A stretch of 64,000 bases of DNA from Eledone cirrhosa (lineage: Eukaryota). The stretch is from positions 257,238,001 through 257,302,000 of the forward strand of contig OZ024742.1 of NCBI GenBank assembly GCA_964016885.1. The letters are read 5' to 3'. A program made the translations under genes and the position numbers. Below the pieces are notes generated by a model. The model did not search any database. It was not told where the DNA came from and worked only from the letters and a program-made list of their open reading frames with translations. Numbering within the stretch: position 1 is the stretch's first letter; each line of letters starts with the position of its first letter. Positions 43,911-55,910 of this stretch are shown piece by piece.

Positions 43911-46236
43911 TTCCCTTGCTTTTATCGAGAATCTAATTGTAATACGTGACGTATTCTATTCTATAGCGATTAGGTCTTCAAAATGTTTATTATAAACATA
44001 CAGAATATTTTCGAATATTCTATGTCTATATTCACATATATATCGCTATTTCAGAGCATTTATTCCAATTTCTAATTTCTGCCGGACCGGCAACCGCTCT
44101 TTCAAACCAGTTCCTGTACACAGCTAAGTATTCTATAAGTCTCTAGCTGTGTCATTCTCGATAAAAGCACTGGATATGTAGTCCTGATGAATTCTAACAA
44201 GAATGAAACGCGTAGATTACTTCCCTTGCTTTTATCGAGAATCTAATTGTAATACGTGACGTATTCTATTCTATAGCGATTAGGTCTTCAAAATGTTTAT
44301 TATAAACATACAGAATATTTTCGAATATTCTATGTCTATATTCACATATATATCGCTATTTCAGAGCATTTATTCCAATATCTAATTTCTGCCGGACCGG
44401 CAACCGCTCTTTCAAACCAGTTCCTGTACACAGCTAAGTATTCTATAAGTCTCTAGCTGTGTCATTCTCGATAAAAGCACTGGATATGTAGTCCTGATGA
44501 ATTCTAACAAGAATGAAACGCGTAGATTACTTCCCTTGCTTTTATCGAGAATCTAATTGTAATACGTGACGTATTCTATTCTATAGCGATTAGGTCTTCA
44601 AAATGTTTATTATAAACATACAGAATATTTTCGAATATTCTATGTCTATATTCACATATATATCGCTATTTCAGAGCATTTATTCCAATTTCTAATTTCT
44701 GCCGGACCGGCAACCGCTCTTTCAAACCAGTTCCTGTACACAGCTAAGTATTCTATAAGTCTCTAGCTGTGTCATTCTCGATAAAAGCACTGGATATGTA
44801 GTCCTGATGAATTCTAACAAGAATGAAACGCGTAGATTACTTCCCTTGCTTTTATCGAGAATCTAATTGTAATACGTGACGTATTCTATTCTATAGCGAT
44901 TAGGTCTTCAAAATGTTTATTATAAACATACAGAATATTTTCGAATATTCTATGTCTATATTCACATATATATCGCTATTTCAGAGCATTTATTCCAATT
45001 TCTAATTTCTGCCGGACCGGCAACCGCTCTTTCAAACCAGTTCCTGTACACAGCTAAGTATTCTATAAGTCTCTAGCTGTGTCATTCTCGATAAAAGCAC
45101 TGGATATGTAGTCCTGATGAATTCTAACAAGAATGAAACGCGTAGATTACTTCCCTTGCTTTTATCGAGAATCTAATTGTAATACGTGACGTATTCTATT
45201 CTATAGCGATTAGGTCTTCAAAATGTTTATTATAAACATACAGAATATTTTCGAATATTCTATGTCTATATTCACATATATATCGCTATTTCAGAGCATT
45301 TATTCCAATTTCTAATTTCTGCCGGACCGGCAACCGCTCTTTCAAACCAGTTCCTGTACACAGCTAAGTATTCTATAAGTCTCTAGCTGTGTCATTCTCG
45401 ATAAAAGCACTGGATATGTAGTCCTGATGAATTCTAACAAGAATGAAACGCGTAGATTACTTCCCTTGCTTTTATCGAGAATCTAATTGTAATACGTGAC
45501 GTATTCTATTCTATAGCGATTAGGTCTTCAAAATGTTTATTATAAACATACAGAATATTTTCGAATATTCTATGTCTATATTCACATATATATCGCTATT
45601 TCAGAGCATTTATTCCAATTTCTAATTTCTGCCGGACCGGCAACCGCTCTTTCAAACCAGTTCCTGTACACAGCTAAGTATTCTATAAGTCTCTAGCTGT
45701 GTCATTCTCGATAAAAGCACTGGATATGTAGTCCTGATGAATTCTAACAAGAATGAAACGCGTAGATTACTTCCCTTGCTTTTATCGAGAATCTAATTGT
45801 AATACGTGACGTATTCTATTCTATAGCGATTAGGTCTTCAAAATGTTTATTATAAACATACAGAATATTTTCGAATATTCTATGTCTATATTCACATATA
45901 TATCGCTATTTCAGAGCATTTATTCCAATTTCTAATTTCTGCCGGACCGGCAACCGCTCTTTCAAACCAGTTCCTGTACACAGCTAAGTATTCTATAAGT
46001 CTCTAGCTGTGTCATTCTCGATAAAAGCACTGGATATGTAGTCCTGATGAATTCTAACAAGAATGAAACGCGTAGATTACTTCCCTTGCTTTTATCGAGA
46101 ATCTAATTGTAATACGTGACGTATTCTATTCTATAGCGATTAGGTCTTCAAAATGTTTATTATAAACATACAGAATATTTTCGAATATTCTATGTCTATA
46201 TATATATATATATATATAGGCAGCATGACCCTCCCA

Positions 46237-46267
<31 letters not shown>

Positions 46268-46269
46268 CG

Positions 46270-47050
46270 CACCATGAGGTTTTCACTTCAAATTGTTATA
46301 AATTGCTGGTTGTTTGGTTGGTTCGATAACCGAATGGTTATTTATTAACGCTCTCTCGTCACACATCATGTGACCTCCTCAGTGACTACGTATTTGTTTT
46401 GTGTCTCTACTTTGTTCTGTCCTACACCATCTTGTTTCTGTGTGTTGTTTGATGTATGCTTAGTTTGCGCATGCGTTACATCCGGGTGTGTATGTGTGTC
46501 TGTTTATTTATTTATTTATGTGTTTATTTACTTGTCACTACTTGTTTTTTTTTTGTTCTATCTCTTTGTGTCTGATTTGTTTTGTTAGTTTGGTTTTAGT
46601 GTGTGTGTCTGTAAATCTTCGTGTTTTCCTTAATTACTAGTCCTGGTGTTTCTATAGCACTCATGTTTTCTGTTTAATTTTGGTTGGATTTCGTTTATGT
46701 TTGTCGGCTCTGTAGTTTGACTGAACATTGCAATTATTCTGTGTGGGCATATAATTCTCTAATGTGCTGCCTTTGGTCTATTTTGGCATGTTAGTGGAGT
46801 TCTTGTGAGTTTTTCCCCTCCTGGAGTTCTCACCAGTGTTCACTTATCCTTTCTCCTATGCTACAGGCTGTTTCACCTATGTATATTAGGTTCTTATTCC
46901 TACAGTGTCTCTCAGTATATATTATGCTATATACCACGGTCCTAGTTTTGCAGGTAGTTTGCAGGCTTAGCTTGGAGACTATGCATTTCTTATCAGTGCA
47001 GGCGGATCTATAAACTCCAGTATTTGAAGAACTCATCAGTACTCCAGTAA
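46270..47050 (-). mobile_element. PLE 3' fragment (GIY-YIG + 3' UTR)
   Basis: CKTRTVVYSIIY..CRNKNLIYIGETACSIGERISEH (ORF 46830..47036); degenerate HHR CTGAGGA-GGTCACA..TGTGAC-GAGA at about 46350-46389. Confidence 0.85.
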
Positions 47051-48223
47051 CATATTTCTAACTGTCTGCCTTGTCACACATTGCCACCCTTAATCTACTA
47101 ATCTATATGTGAATTATATTAAACTTACGCATATTTCAGGTATGCTCAGAAATGTGTATATTAAATACATGATACGGCTTTTGCATTGTTCGGAAATATC
47201 ATCGCTGTAACAGATGGAATTCCATTTTATTCCATTTGAGTTTTAATACAAACATTCACAGCAACGAAATTCAAAGACACACACTCACATAGCTATTGGA
47301 GTGTGTGTGTATGTGCATTTATTCATATGTGTGTGTGTGTATGTGCATTTATTCATATGTGTGTGTGTATGTTTATTTGTGTGTGTGTGTGCCTGTATGT
47401 ATGCATGTATGCATGAGGAATGTTTTCATTGTTTGTCTGTGTGTATGTGTATGTGGTTGTGTGTGTATTTTTAAGTTAATGTGTTTGTGTGTGACTGCCT
47501 TTGTATGTGCGTGTTTATATGTTTGTGAGATTGTATATGTGTTTGCATAAAGGAATATTCTAAACATTACTAAAGCAACACATCATATATCCTCCCTCCA
47601 TCGTTCCATATTCCAGGTTGCATTAGTTGATGTAATCCAACATAACTAACATTAACATTAACAGAAAAATGTCATGAAATTTCAGGAACATCGATAAATT
47701 TCCATTAGATTCTGTTGAATGCACCTTCTTCCCTCTTCTTCCATCTTCCTTTTACGTCTTGAAATCTTGTCTAAGGTGAAGAAATGCCATCAGAGCTAGA
47801 CGGTATAATGGACCTCTATCAAGTTGATGTGATTCAAATATAATACTTTTTCACCCAGAAATAGAAATGAAATAGGTTGAATTTGATGTCGACATAAGGC
47901 GCCGAATACACTTTCATCTCTCTTTCACTTTTCTTAGATTTGTTATTTCTAATTATATTTTTGGAGTATTACTTTTTTATTTTAATTTTCATTTATATTA
48001 TTTCCCTGCTATGATGGAAATGTTGTACTCGTTCTCGTTATTTCTTTGGTGGAGGGGCTTATAAAATATCCATTTATATTTTCGATAGTTTATTTTAGCA
48101 TGGAAAGTCAATAGAAAATCTAACAACAACACAGTCTAAAGTTAGTATTTAAATATACACCCTTGAATAACTCAGTGTCTGTCTGCTCAGCTGAATCTGT
48201 AAAACTACTGTGTGTATTATTTA

Positions 48224-48335
48224 TCCCGCCGAGGTTTACTTTGCCTTTCATCCTTACGGGGTCGATAAAATAAAGTACCAGTAATGCACTGGTTAATTGC
48301 TGGCCTTGTGCCTAATGTAGAAACAATTATTTATT
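48224..48335 (+). mobile_element. 5'-truncated SINE copy
   Basis: ATCCCGCCGAGG..GCCTTTCATCCTTACGGGGTCGATAAAATAAAGTACCAGTAATGCAC. Confidence 0.85.
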
Positions 48336-49227
48336 TTTATATATGTCCAAGCATTGCCTAAATATCCGCAGTGAATAACACGAATTGCTACATAATGTTT
48401 CTAATAATGTAATACAACAGCGATTTTATTTCGTGATGGTTAACATCGTTGGATATATTATGTGGTACTACATTGCATTGAAAAATACAATTTTAACACA
48501 CTAGTGGTGTTAAATAAAACCTCTTGCCAGGAAATATATCCGAGTTATTAAACCCATAGTGATAACGTATTAATAAAAAGAATAATTCATAAGCTATGAA
48601 CATTTGGAGATTGAGAATACGTGTCATGAATGAGACGCTTCAGTTGCGCTGCGTAAAATTAGAGTAAAAAGAATATATATATATAAATATTTAAAAAATT
48701 TAAATGCAAGGAACAGCTGATGCAACAGCCGAATATCGTCAATGAAAATACCCCTAAGGGCAGAAATCAGTTGCAATCAGTCTCTAGAGCGGAAAGGAAA
48801 TTTGTGAGAAAGGGGACACCAGACCTCTTTTTGCCTTATTTCCTTCTCTTCTTACTCCATCACTTTCCAGAAAACTTGTCTTGTCTCATCTCAGGCTTGC
48901 TGCTATTGCTGTCACATCCGCGCTAATGTTAAACATTTCCTTTTAGCTAGCGGCAGACCTCCGCAACAATGGCACCGATTTCGCGTGTCATCTCCAAATC
49001 AAATATATATTCTTTGATTGAACTTGCCGTAGTGATTAACTAAATATGCAATACACATGCATTGATGTCACCAGGATATTTTGTGACCAGGCCACTGAAA
49101 TATACTTGTTGTTTTCTCAACATTAAGGCTTTAAAATTTATTTCCAGAGCGGTTTTGTATTGTTTCGCTTAAAAAAAAAAAAAATATATAAACATGCACA
49201 CACACTCTCACACACACACAGACACAT

Positions 49228-49258
<31 letters not shown>

Positions 49259-49302
49259 CACACACACATACACACACACACACACACGCGCATATACCCC
49301 CC

Positions 49303-49400
<98 letters not shown>

Positions 49401-49957
49401 ATAAATTTAAACTAAAATATATATCAGTCATATTACACCATAAAATATAGCTCAACAGGCTAAAAAGTATATAACGTAGAGCTTCCTTTCTATAAATTAT
49501 ATTTAGCTGTAATTATATATTAAATGTAAGAATTTCAACCTAAAATTCCCGAAAGATTTCAATTAACAAAGTAGATTACTAATGAAGACAATTAACCATT
49601 AATTAAGAAATAATAAACATTTGTGAGCAACGTCTTTAAACAAATATTACAGCTTTTACAGGAAACATTCATGTGAAACTACCTTGTGTTATTATAACTT
49701 CCAACAAATATGAAGTGCTGATATTACAACATATAAAAACTACGTGCTCTTAACCAGAGATAAATAGGGAAGCCCAATATTCGAACACACACACACACAT
49801 ACACAGACATACACACACATACACAGACATACGCACACACACACATACACAGACATACGCACACACTCATACATACACACAGACACACACACACAAACAC
49901 ACACACACACACACACATACACACACGCGCACGCGCGCACACATATATATATATATA

Positions 49958-50809
49958 TATTGAAATACAAATATTAATAAAATAGATGTTCTTTTGATCA
50001 ATTACATTTTATTATACATATATACCGGCTCATTAATATACATAATATACATAATCGTTATTTAAATATTTCTAACAATAAGTATTCACAAGCTTTACAT
50101 ACCTAATACGCTCAGTATCTGCGTTAAAGTTTACATTTAGGAAATTAATCAACAGTATAAACTTTCACTCCTGTTGGCCAGCTAATTCCTATAAATGTTA
50201 CCCACATGAAATTCAGAAGCTTTGAAATGTTAACACATTTATAGAATATATAAAACTAATATATAAATAACCAGCAATTTTTTTTTTTAAAACCAAAATC
50301 TCGAACCTTCACCCTATAATACCATAAATTAAATATTTTCAAAATTAACCGTTTAACTTTCGGCAAAAATAAATCTCCTTCATCTGATTACCCCGCTTTA
50401 TTCAAAAAATTATACTATCATACATCTTAATATCTATTTAATTGTTACATTAAGCAACGTTTTTCTTACTCGCACTTTCTCTGTTGATTTTATTACGTTT
50501 TCGCATTTTCTCATTAATAGGGTATACATTGTTAAATTTTTCTTGGGATAATCACTACCTTGATTAAATCTTAACCATTTACATATCAGGGTATGTCATG
50601 TATCATTATATTTTGTGAGATGAGGACGTAGAGTCGTACATCCGAAATATGTATAATAAAATGTAATTGATCAAAAGAACAACTGTTTAATTAATATTTG
50701 TATTTCAATATTAATAACTCTGGAAAATTAATTTTTTCGTAGAGTGCTTCCAATCTACTGTAAAACTCATTCTTTGACATACTCATTGATTCTTGTATAA
50801 CTATTTAAA

Positions 50810-50810
<1 letters not shown>
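49958..50810. mobile_element. (TA)n-flanked insertion with about 64-bp inverted arms and a decayed HHR-like motif
   Basis: 49958-50021 is the reverse complement of 50647-50711; GAGATGA-GGA..TCC-GAAA-TATG-TA at 50617-50653. Confidence 0.6.
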
Positions 50811-50854
<44 letters not shown>

Positions 50855-50865
50855 TATATATATCC

Positions 50866-50928
<63 letters not shown>

Positions 50929-50930
50929 CC

Positions 50931-50985
<55 letters not shown>

Positions 50986-50986
50986 C

Positions 50987-51067
<81 letters not shown>

Positions 51068-51929
51068 CATATATATGAGGTGGACTGGTGCGAGAAAGTA
51101 GTATTCGATATCGAAATAGAATTTTAACATTCATTTAATTACGGCTAAATAAAGAGGCTCTTTACTCTGGAGATTCGCTTGTTTACCACGGATTCACCAG
51201 TCAGGAAAGGATGACTTCATGATAAACAGGCGAAACTGTTCAGTAACAAGACTAACTATTTACCCTTAATAAAATAAATATATGTATGTAGGGGTAAAGA
51301 TTAAAGACACCCTTGGCTTACAGATGACCATGGGATTTGAAGCTAGAATGTTCCACTCCGAGGCCCAAGTCCGGGAAAATATTGTTTGTGGAAAACCATC
51401 AGTCGCTCATGCATATTAACCTCCCCTCTCCACGCCACCGATGCTGTCCCAGGGGAAGACAAAGGCCGGTACCATTTTGCACCAAATACGTCGCAAATCA
51501 TTTCTACAGCTGTGTGAAATGGAGAACTGGAGCAAGTATTTTGCTTAAGAAAACAACGGTAAATCCGATCCATGAATCGAACTCACGATCTCACAATTGT
51601 AAGCCCGAGGCTCTGTACATATATACGTACATACATGCATACCTATATGTATACACACATGCATATATACATACATGCATACGGACAAGTGGTGTCGAGT
51701 AAGTCCACATCTTAGAGTGAAAAATGGGGCGGTGGTAAAAACGTGTTATTGATGTTGCTCTCATGTTTGTCGCCTCACAGGACCCATCAAACCTAGATGC
51801 GTGTAACATGTCCGACAACACAGTGCAAAGGTTGTACTGTCTTACATGTTACCAGTAGCGCTGAAGAGCTGCCTGACATACATACACATATACATGCACA
51901 CACACACACAAATATATATATATATATAT

Positions 51930-52520
51930 ATGGTCGCTGCCAACTCGTTTTCGAGGACGGCCACTACTTTATATCCATGTAGGAGAACCCCTACCGATGA
52001 GCTGAACGAGTGTCACTTTTTAGTCAAGCCAGCGACTTGAAAACTCTGGTACAAACACTACACTTGTAACAATTATTGACACATAGTGCTGGGCCCATGG
52101 TACCATGTGACGACAAGTGCTGAGAGATCTCCAGATATAAAGCAATGCCTGTGCCGTGAAGCTTTTATAGTGAGGGAAGGCACTGCACAAAGCCAGTCCC
52201 ACTCTCTTAACCAAGATGATATTTAGCAAAAAGAAGAACAAGTCAACATCATTGGATACCATCAGGGTTGCAGGTGTTATATCAGAGTTTTCCTTCTCCT
52301 AGAATTCTGCCTTGACAAAGTCTAAGGGGTCAGCTCTCCCGGTGATTTTGGATGACCATTGACTCTTAAGAGCTCCCTTGCCCTTTGACAGGTTTTGTTT
52401 TTAGTCCTGTAGGATGTCCAAAGTCACCCTCCTCACCAAGAAACCTTGGTAGGGTTGCCAGTTTAGTCGCCAACGACCCGACGATGGGACAGGTTGTACT
52501 GGGATACATGTTACCAGTAG
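51930..52520. mobile_element. Interspersed repeat (probably LINE 5' region); second copy about 53080-53585, related end at 51830-51880
   Basis: Shared TCAGAGTTT.CCT.CTCCTAGAA, TCACCCTCCTCACCAAG and GTTTAGT.GCC.ACGACCCGAC motifs between copies. Confidence 0.6.
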
Positions 52521-52552
52521 CACCAACTGGTGACCTGACATATATATATATT

Positions 52553-52662
<110 letters not shown>

Positions 52663-53654
52663 TATCAAAATAAAGACCAGAAGGCATGGCACAAATTTCC
52701 AAACACTCCAATCACAACACATGTCTCAATAAGAGACAAATCGATCGTGCAGCCACGATCGACCATCACCGATCTGGCCATGCGAAAAGGAACTGTCCCC
52801 AAATCCCCGACACGCGGGAGAAAACGACGATGTTCACTCACAGAGTTTAGTCCCTCATATCTAGTGAGTGAACATCGCCAACCCTCTCCCTCACATCAAG
52901 GACCCGAAGACAACCCACCATCACCCGACGAGGTCAGTGACAATCGACCACGGCCACACGATCGATCCATCTCCCATCGAAACACGTCGCGACCAAAATG
53001 CCTGGAAACCCACACCATGCCCTCCGATCCCTGTCTTGATACAAATACTCCGTTTTACATCATATATATATATATATGGTGGCTACAAGCTCTGCTAAGA
53101 GTATTACAATCGCTTGTCAGATTGCAGAAAATGGAGTACCTTTAGGCTACGGCCAGCCATACGAACCTGTAACATATTCTGAACAAGCAATGCCTGTGTT
53201 TGAAGGTTTTTTTAAGTGGGGAAAGGCCTTGCACGCGACCAATCTCACTCTCTGAACATTGAAAACATTACCCGAAACGGAGAACTGGTCAACATCATCG
53301 GATGCCTCCGAAGCCGCAGGTTTTTTTCAGAGTTTGCCTCTCCTAGAAAGGTGTTGTGACAACAACAGGGGACCCTTCACTCCCAGGTGAAAAAAAAATG
53401 AAGAAAAAAATGTACTCTTTGGATGGTCGTTGACTCTGCTGAGTTCCTCCGCCCTTCGCCGGGTCTTGTATTTCATCCCGCAGGATGTCCGAATATCACC
53501 CTCCTCACCAAGCAAGCTAGGTGGGGTTGACGGTTTAGTTGCCGACGACCCGACCATGAGACAGGTTGACTGGGTTACATGTTTGCTGTCCTCATCTCTC
53601 ACTATTATAAGCAAATGGGAGCCCGCTCGCTGGCGGACCGGGTGGAGATTATAG

Positions 53655-53830
53655 AGAAGGAGCCTCCTCTGAGGACGGTGAGGAAGTCGCGCCGGAAGAG
53701 CCATCCCCGCTCGCGAGGCGCACACCCGCGGGTAGCCAACTCCGTACCGATAATGCTGAGCAGGGGAGGCGGTCCCAGGGCCAAGAACCCCAGAAACTTC
53801 CACTGCTACGGGCAAAAACGTGTAGACATG
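53655..53830 (-). mobile_element. CRE-like RLE non-LTR retrotransposon C-terminal fragment
   Basis: YTFLPVAVEVSGVLGPGT, then after a frameshift LLSIIGTELATRGCAPRERGWLFRRDFLTVLRGGSFSII. Confidence 0.65.
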
Positions 53831-54215
53831 ATAATGTAGCGGAAATAATTCAGTGTCAGTTTTATAAGAGATATGATTCACAGAAAAGATCTTTGGTTAC
53901 TTTGTTGGAATAGAAAAGGAAGTTTTAGAATACAAGGAAGTGAAATAGCTATGGGACTTTCTCCATAGAAACTGAGAGTAAAATAGGGCATAACAATCAG
54001 GATATTGTAGTCGTTGGTTGGAAGAAGAATCTGGTAATTGATATAGCATGCCGGATACCAGAGTTAAAAATATAATGACATCCGTAATATATAATATCCT
54101 GAACTACTGAATACAAGAAGGTGACGATATCTATGTGTTTTGTTATCATCGGAGCTTCAGGAACTGTGACAAGGAACTTAAAAGTGAACCTTGGAAAGCT
54201 GGACCTTAATTTGGG
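53825..54215 (+). mobile_element. R4/Dong-like RLE non-LTR fragment
   Basis: RHDNVAEII, VLEYKEVK*LWDF, IGHNNQDIVVV, LVIDIAC, VIIGASGTV. Confidence 0.8.
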
Positions 54216-54226
54216 AATAGATGACA

Positions 54227-54620
54227 GCTATTAACAACACAGAAGTACTTTAATTGGAGCGAGAGGACAGTTATTGACAATATAGAAGGACCTTAATAGG
54301 GGAGAGAGAGAGATGACAGCTATTAACAACGCAGAAGGACTTTAATTGGAGCGAGAGGACATCTATTAACAACATAGAAGGACCTTAATAGGGGAGAGAG
54401 GACAGCTGTTAACAATGTAGAATGACCTTAATAGGGGAGAGAGGACAGCTGTTAATAATATAGAAGGACCTTAATAGGGGAGAGAGGACAGCTGTTAATA
54501 ATATAGAAGGACCTTAATAGGGGAGAGAGGACAGCTGTTAATAATATAGAAGGACCTTAATAGGGGAGAGAGGACAGCTGTTAATAATATAGAAGGACCT
54601 TAATAGGGGAGAGAGGACAG
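54227..54620 (+). repeat. 43-bp minisatellite (about 9 units); inverted copies at about 55030-55100 and 55345-55490
   Basis: Unit GAAGGACCTTAATAGGGGAGAGAGGACAGCTGTTAATAATATA. Confidence 0.92.
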
Positions 54621-54758
54621 CATGGAGTTGCTGCCCTTTATCGTCTGAGTTCGGATCCCGCCGAGGTTGGCTTTGTCTTTCATCCTTGCGGGGTCGATGG
54701 AGTGGGGTACCAGTGGTGCGCTGGGTAGTTGCTGGTCAAAAGTAGAAACAATTATTTA
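54618..54758 (+). mobile_element. SINE copy with clustered A-to-G substitutions
   Basis: GATAAAATAAAGTACCAGTAATGCAC in other copies reads GATGGAGTGGGGTACCAGTGGTGCGC here. Confidence 0.85.
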
Positions 54759-54805
54759 ACAGAGTATTCGTACCATGAAATGTTGGGATCTGGTAATAAC
54801 TCCCA

Positions 54806-54843
<38 letters not shown>

Positions 54844-55533
54844 GTAGTTGTCAAATTCTGGGGTTGATGAGATCGACTCCCTACCATAACATTTACCGAC
54901 CTTGTGCCCAAATTAGAAATCATCATTAGTTTTGCTGTTGCTGTTGCTGTTGTTGTTGTTACACGGTATTGAACTTGTGGTTGTAATAAGTACACTTCCT
55001 ACCAGACCACAACTCATGGTCTAGGACGAGAAATATCTCTCCTATAAAGGTCCTTCTGTATTGTTAATAGCTGTCCTCTCTCTCCTATTGAAGTCCTTCT
55101 GTAAAGACATTATTGGGGGAGACTTAGCTGATCACCGAAACCCAACCACAACAGTATCTTCTGATGTACAAAGGTGCATCAGGAAGCAATGTCCAACTCT
55201 CGGAGGCTGAGGTCACAAGAACAACTTAAGAGCTCAAATGTGGCAAAGCATCTAGGAAGGGTGAGAGTTGGCCAGAGATGTTAAAAGCCTTATATAGAGA
55301 AGGTATTTTCTAGCTGATTCATGTGCGCCAGGTCTCCTGAATCTCTGGTCCTTCTATATTGTTAATAGCTGTCCTCTCTCCCCTATTAAGGTCCTTCTGT
55401 AGTGTTACTAGATGTCGTCTCTCCCCTGTTAAGGTCCTTCTATATTGTTAACAGTTGTCCTCTCTCCCATATTAAGGTCCTTCTATGTTATATATATATA
55501 TACATATATATATACACACACATACATATATAC

Positions 55534-55634
<101 letters not shown>

Positions 55635-55689
55635 ACTGCCATACCATCGATTTCAATGGAATAGCCTACTTGGAAAATTAACGTGGATT

Positions 55690-55910
55690 TGATTGAGCAT
55701 CCCACAGACGTGCGTACCCTTAATGTAGTTGTCAGAAAGATTGAACGTGACAGCGAATGTGACATGATTGGTTGCATTCAAATTACTGGTACAATTCATT
55801 TTTGCCAGCCGGATGTAGTGAACCAACGACAAATAACGTTTCTTGCTCAAGGACTCAATACAACGCTGGGAATCGAACTCCCGACTTTACAATCATTAGC
55901 CAAATGTTCT
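55690..55910 (-). mobile_element. Second tRNA-derived SINE family (degenerate relatives near 13560, 20660, 21710)
   Basis: CTTGCTCAAGGACTCAATAC..GGGAATCGAACTC = reverse complement of a B-box and CORE-like segment. Confidence 0.65.

Larger units (their letters stand above)
42306..46201. mobile_element. 310-bp HHR-containing tandem array (non-LTR retrozyme-like); about 4.4 units on minus and about 8.2 units on plus, joined head-to-head, inside (TA)n
   Basis: Exact 310-bp period; orientation switch at 43675-43676; only one variant base noticed (44380); no ORF of 60 aa or more. Confidence 0.95.

Noticed and set aside
42306-46201. Ordinary satellite, 5S or tRNA gene array
   Set aside because: No 5S or tRNA similarity seen; has an intact HHR, sharp (TA)n boundaries and an internal inversion.
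52440-52520. HDV-like ribozyme at the end of the 52 kb repeat
   Set aside because: Could not build the nested double pseudoknot by eye.
54227-54620. 43-bp repeats as a CRISPR array
   Set aside because: Contiguous units without unique spacers, eukaryotic context, no cas genes.
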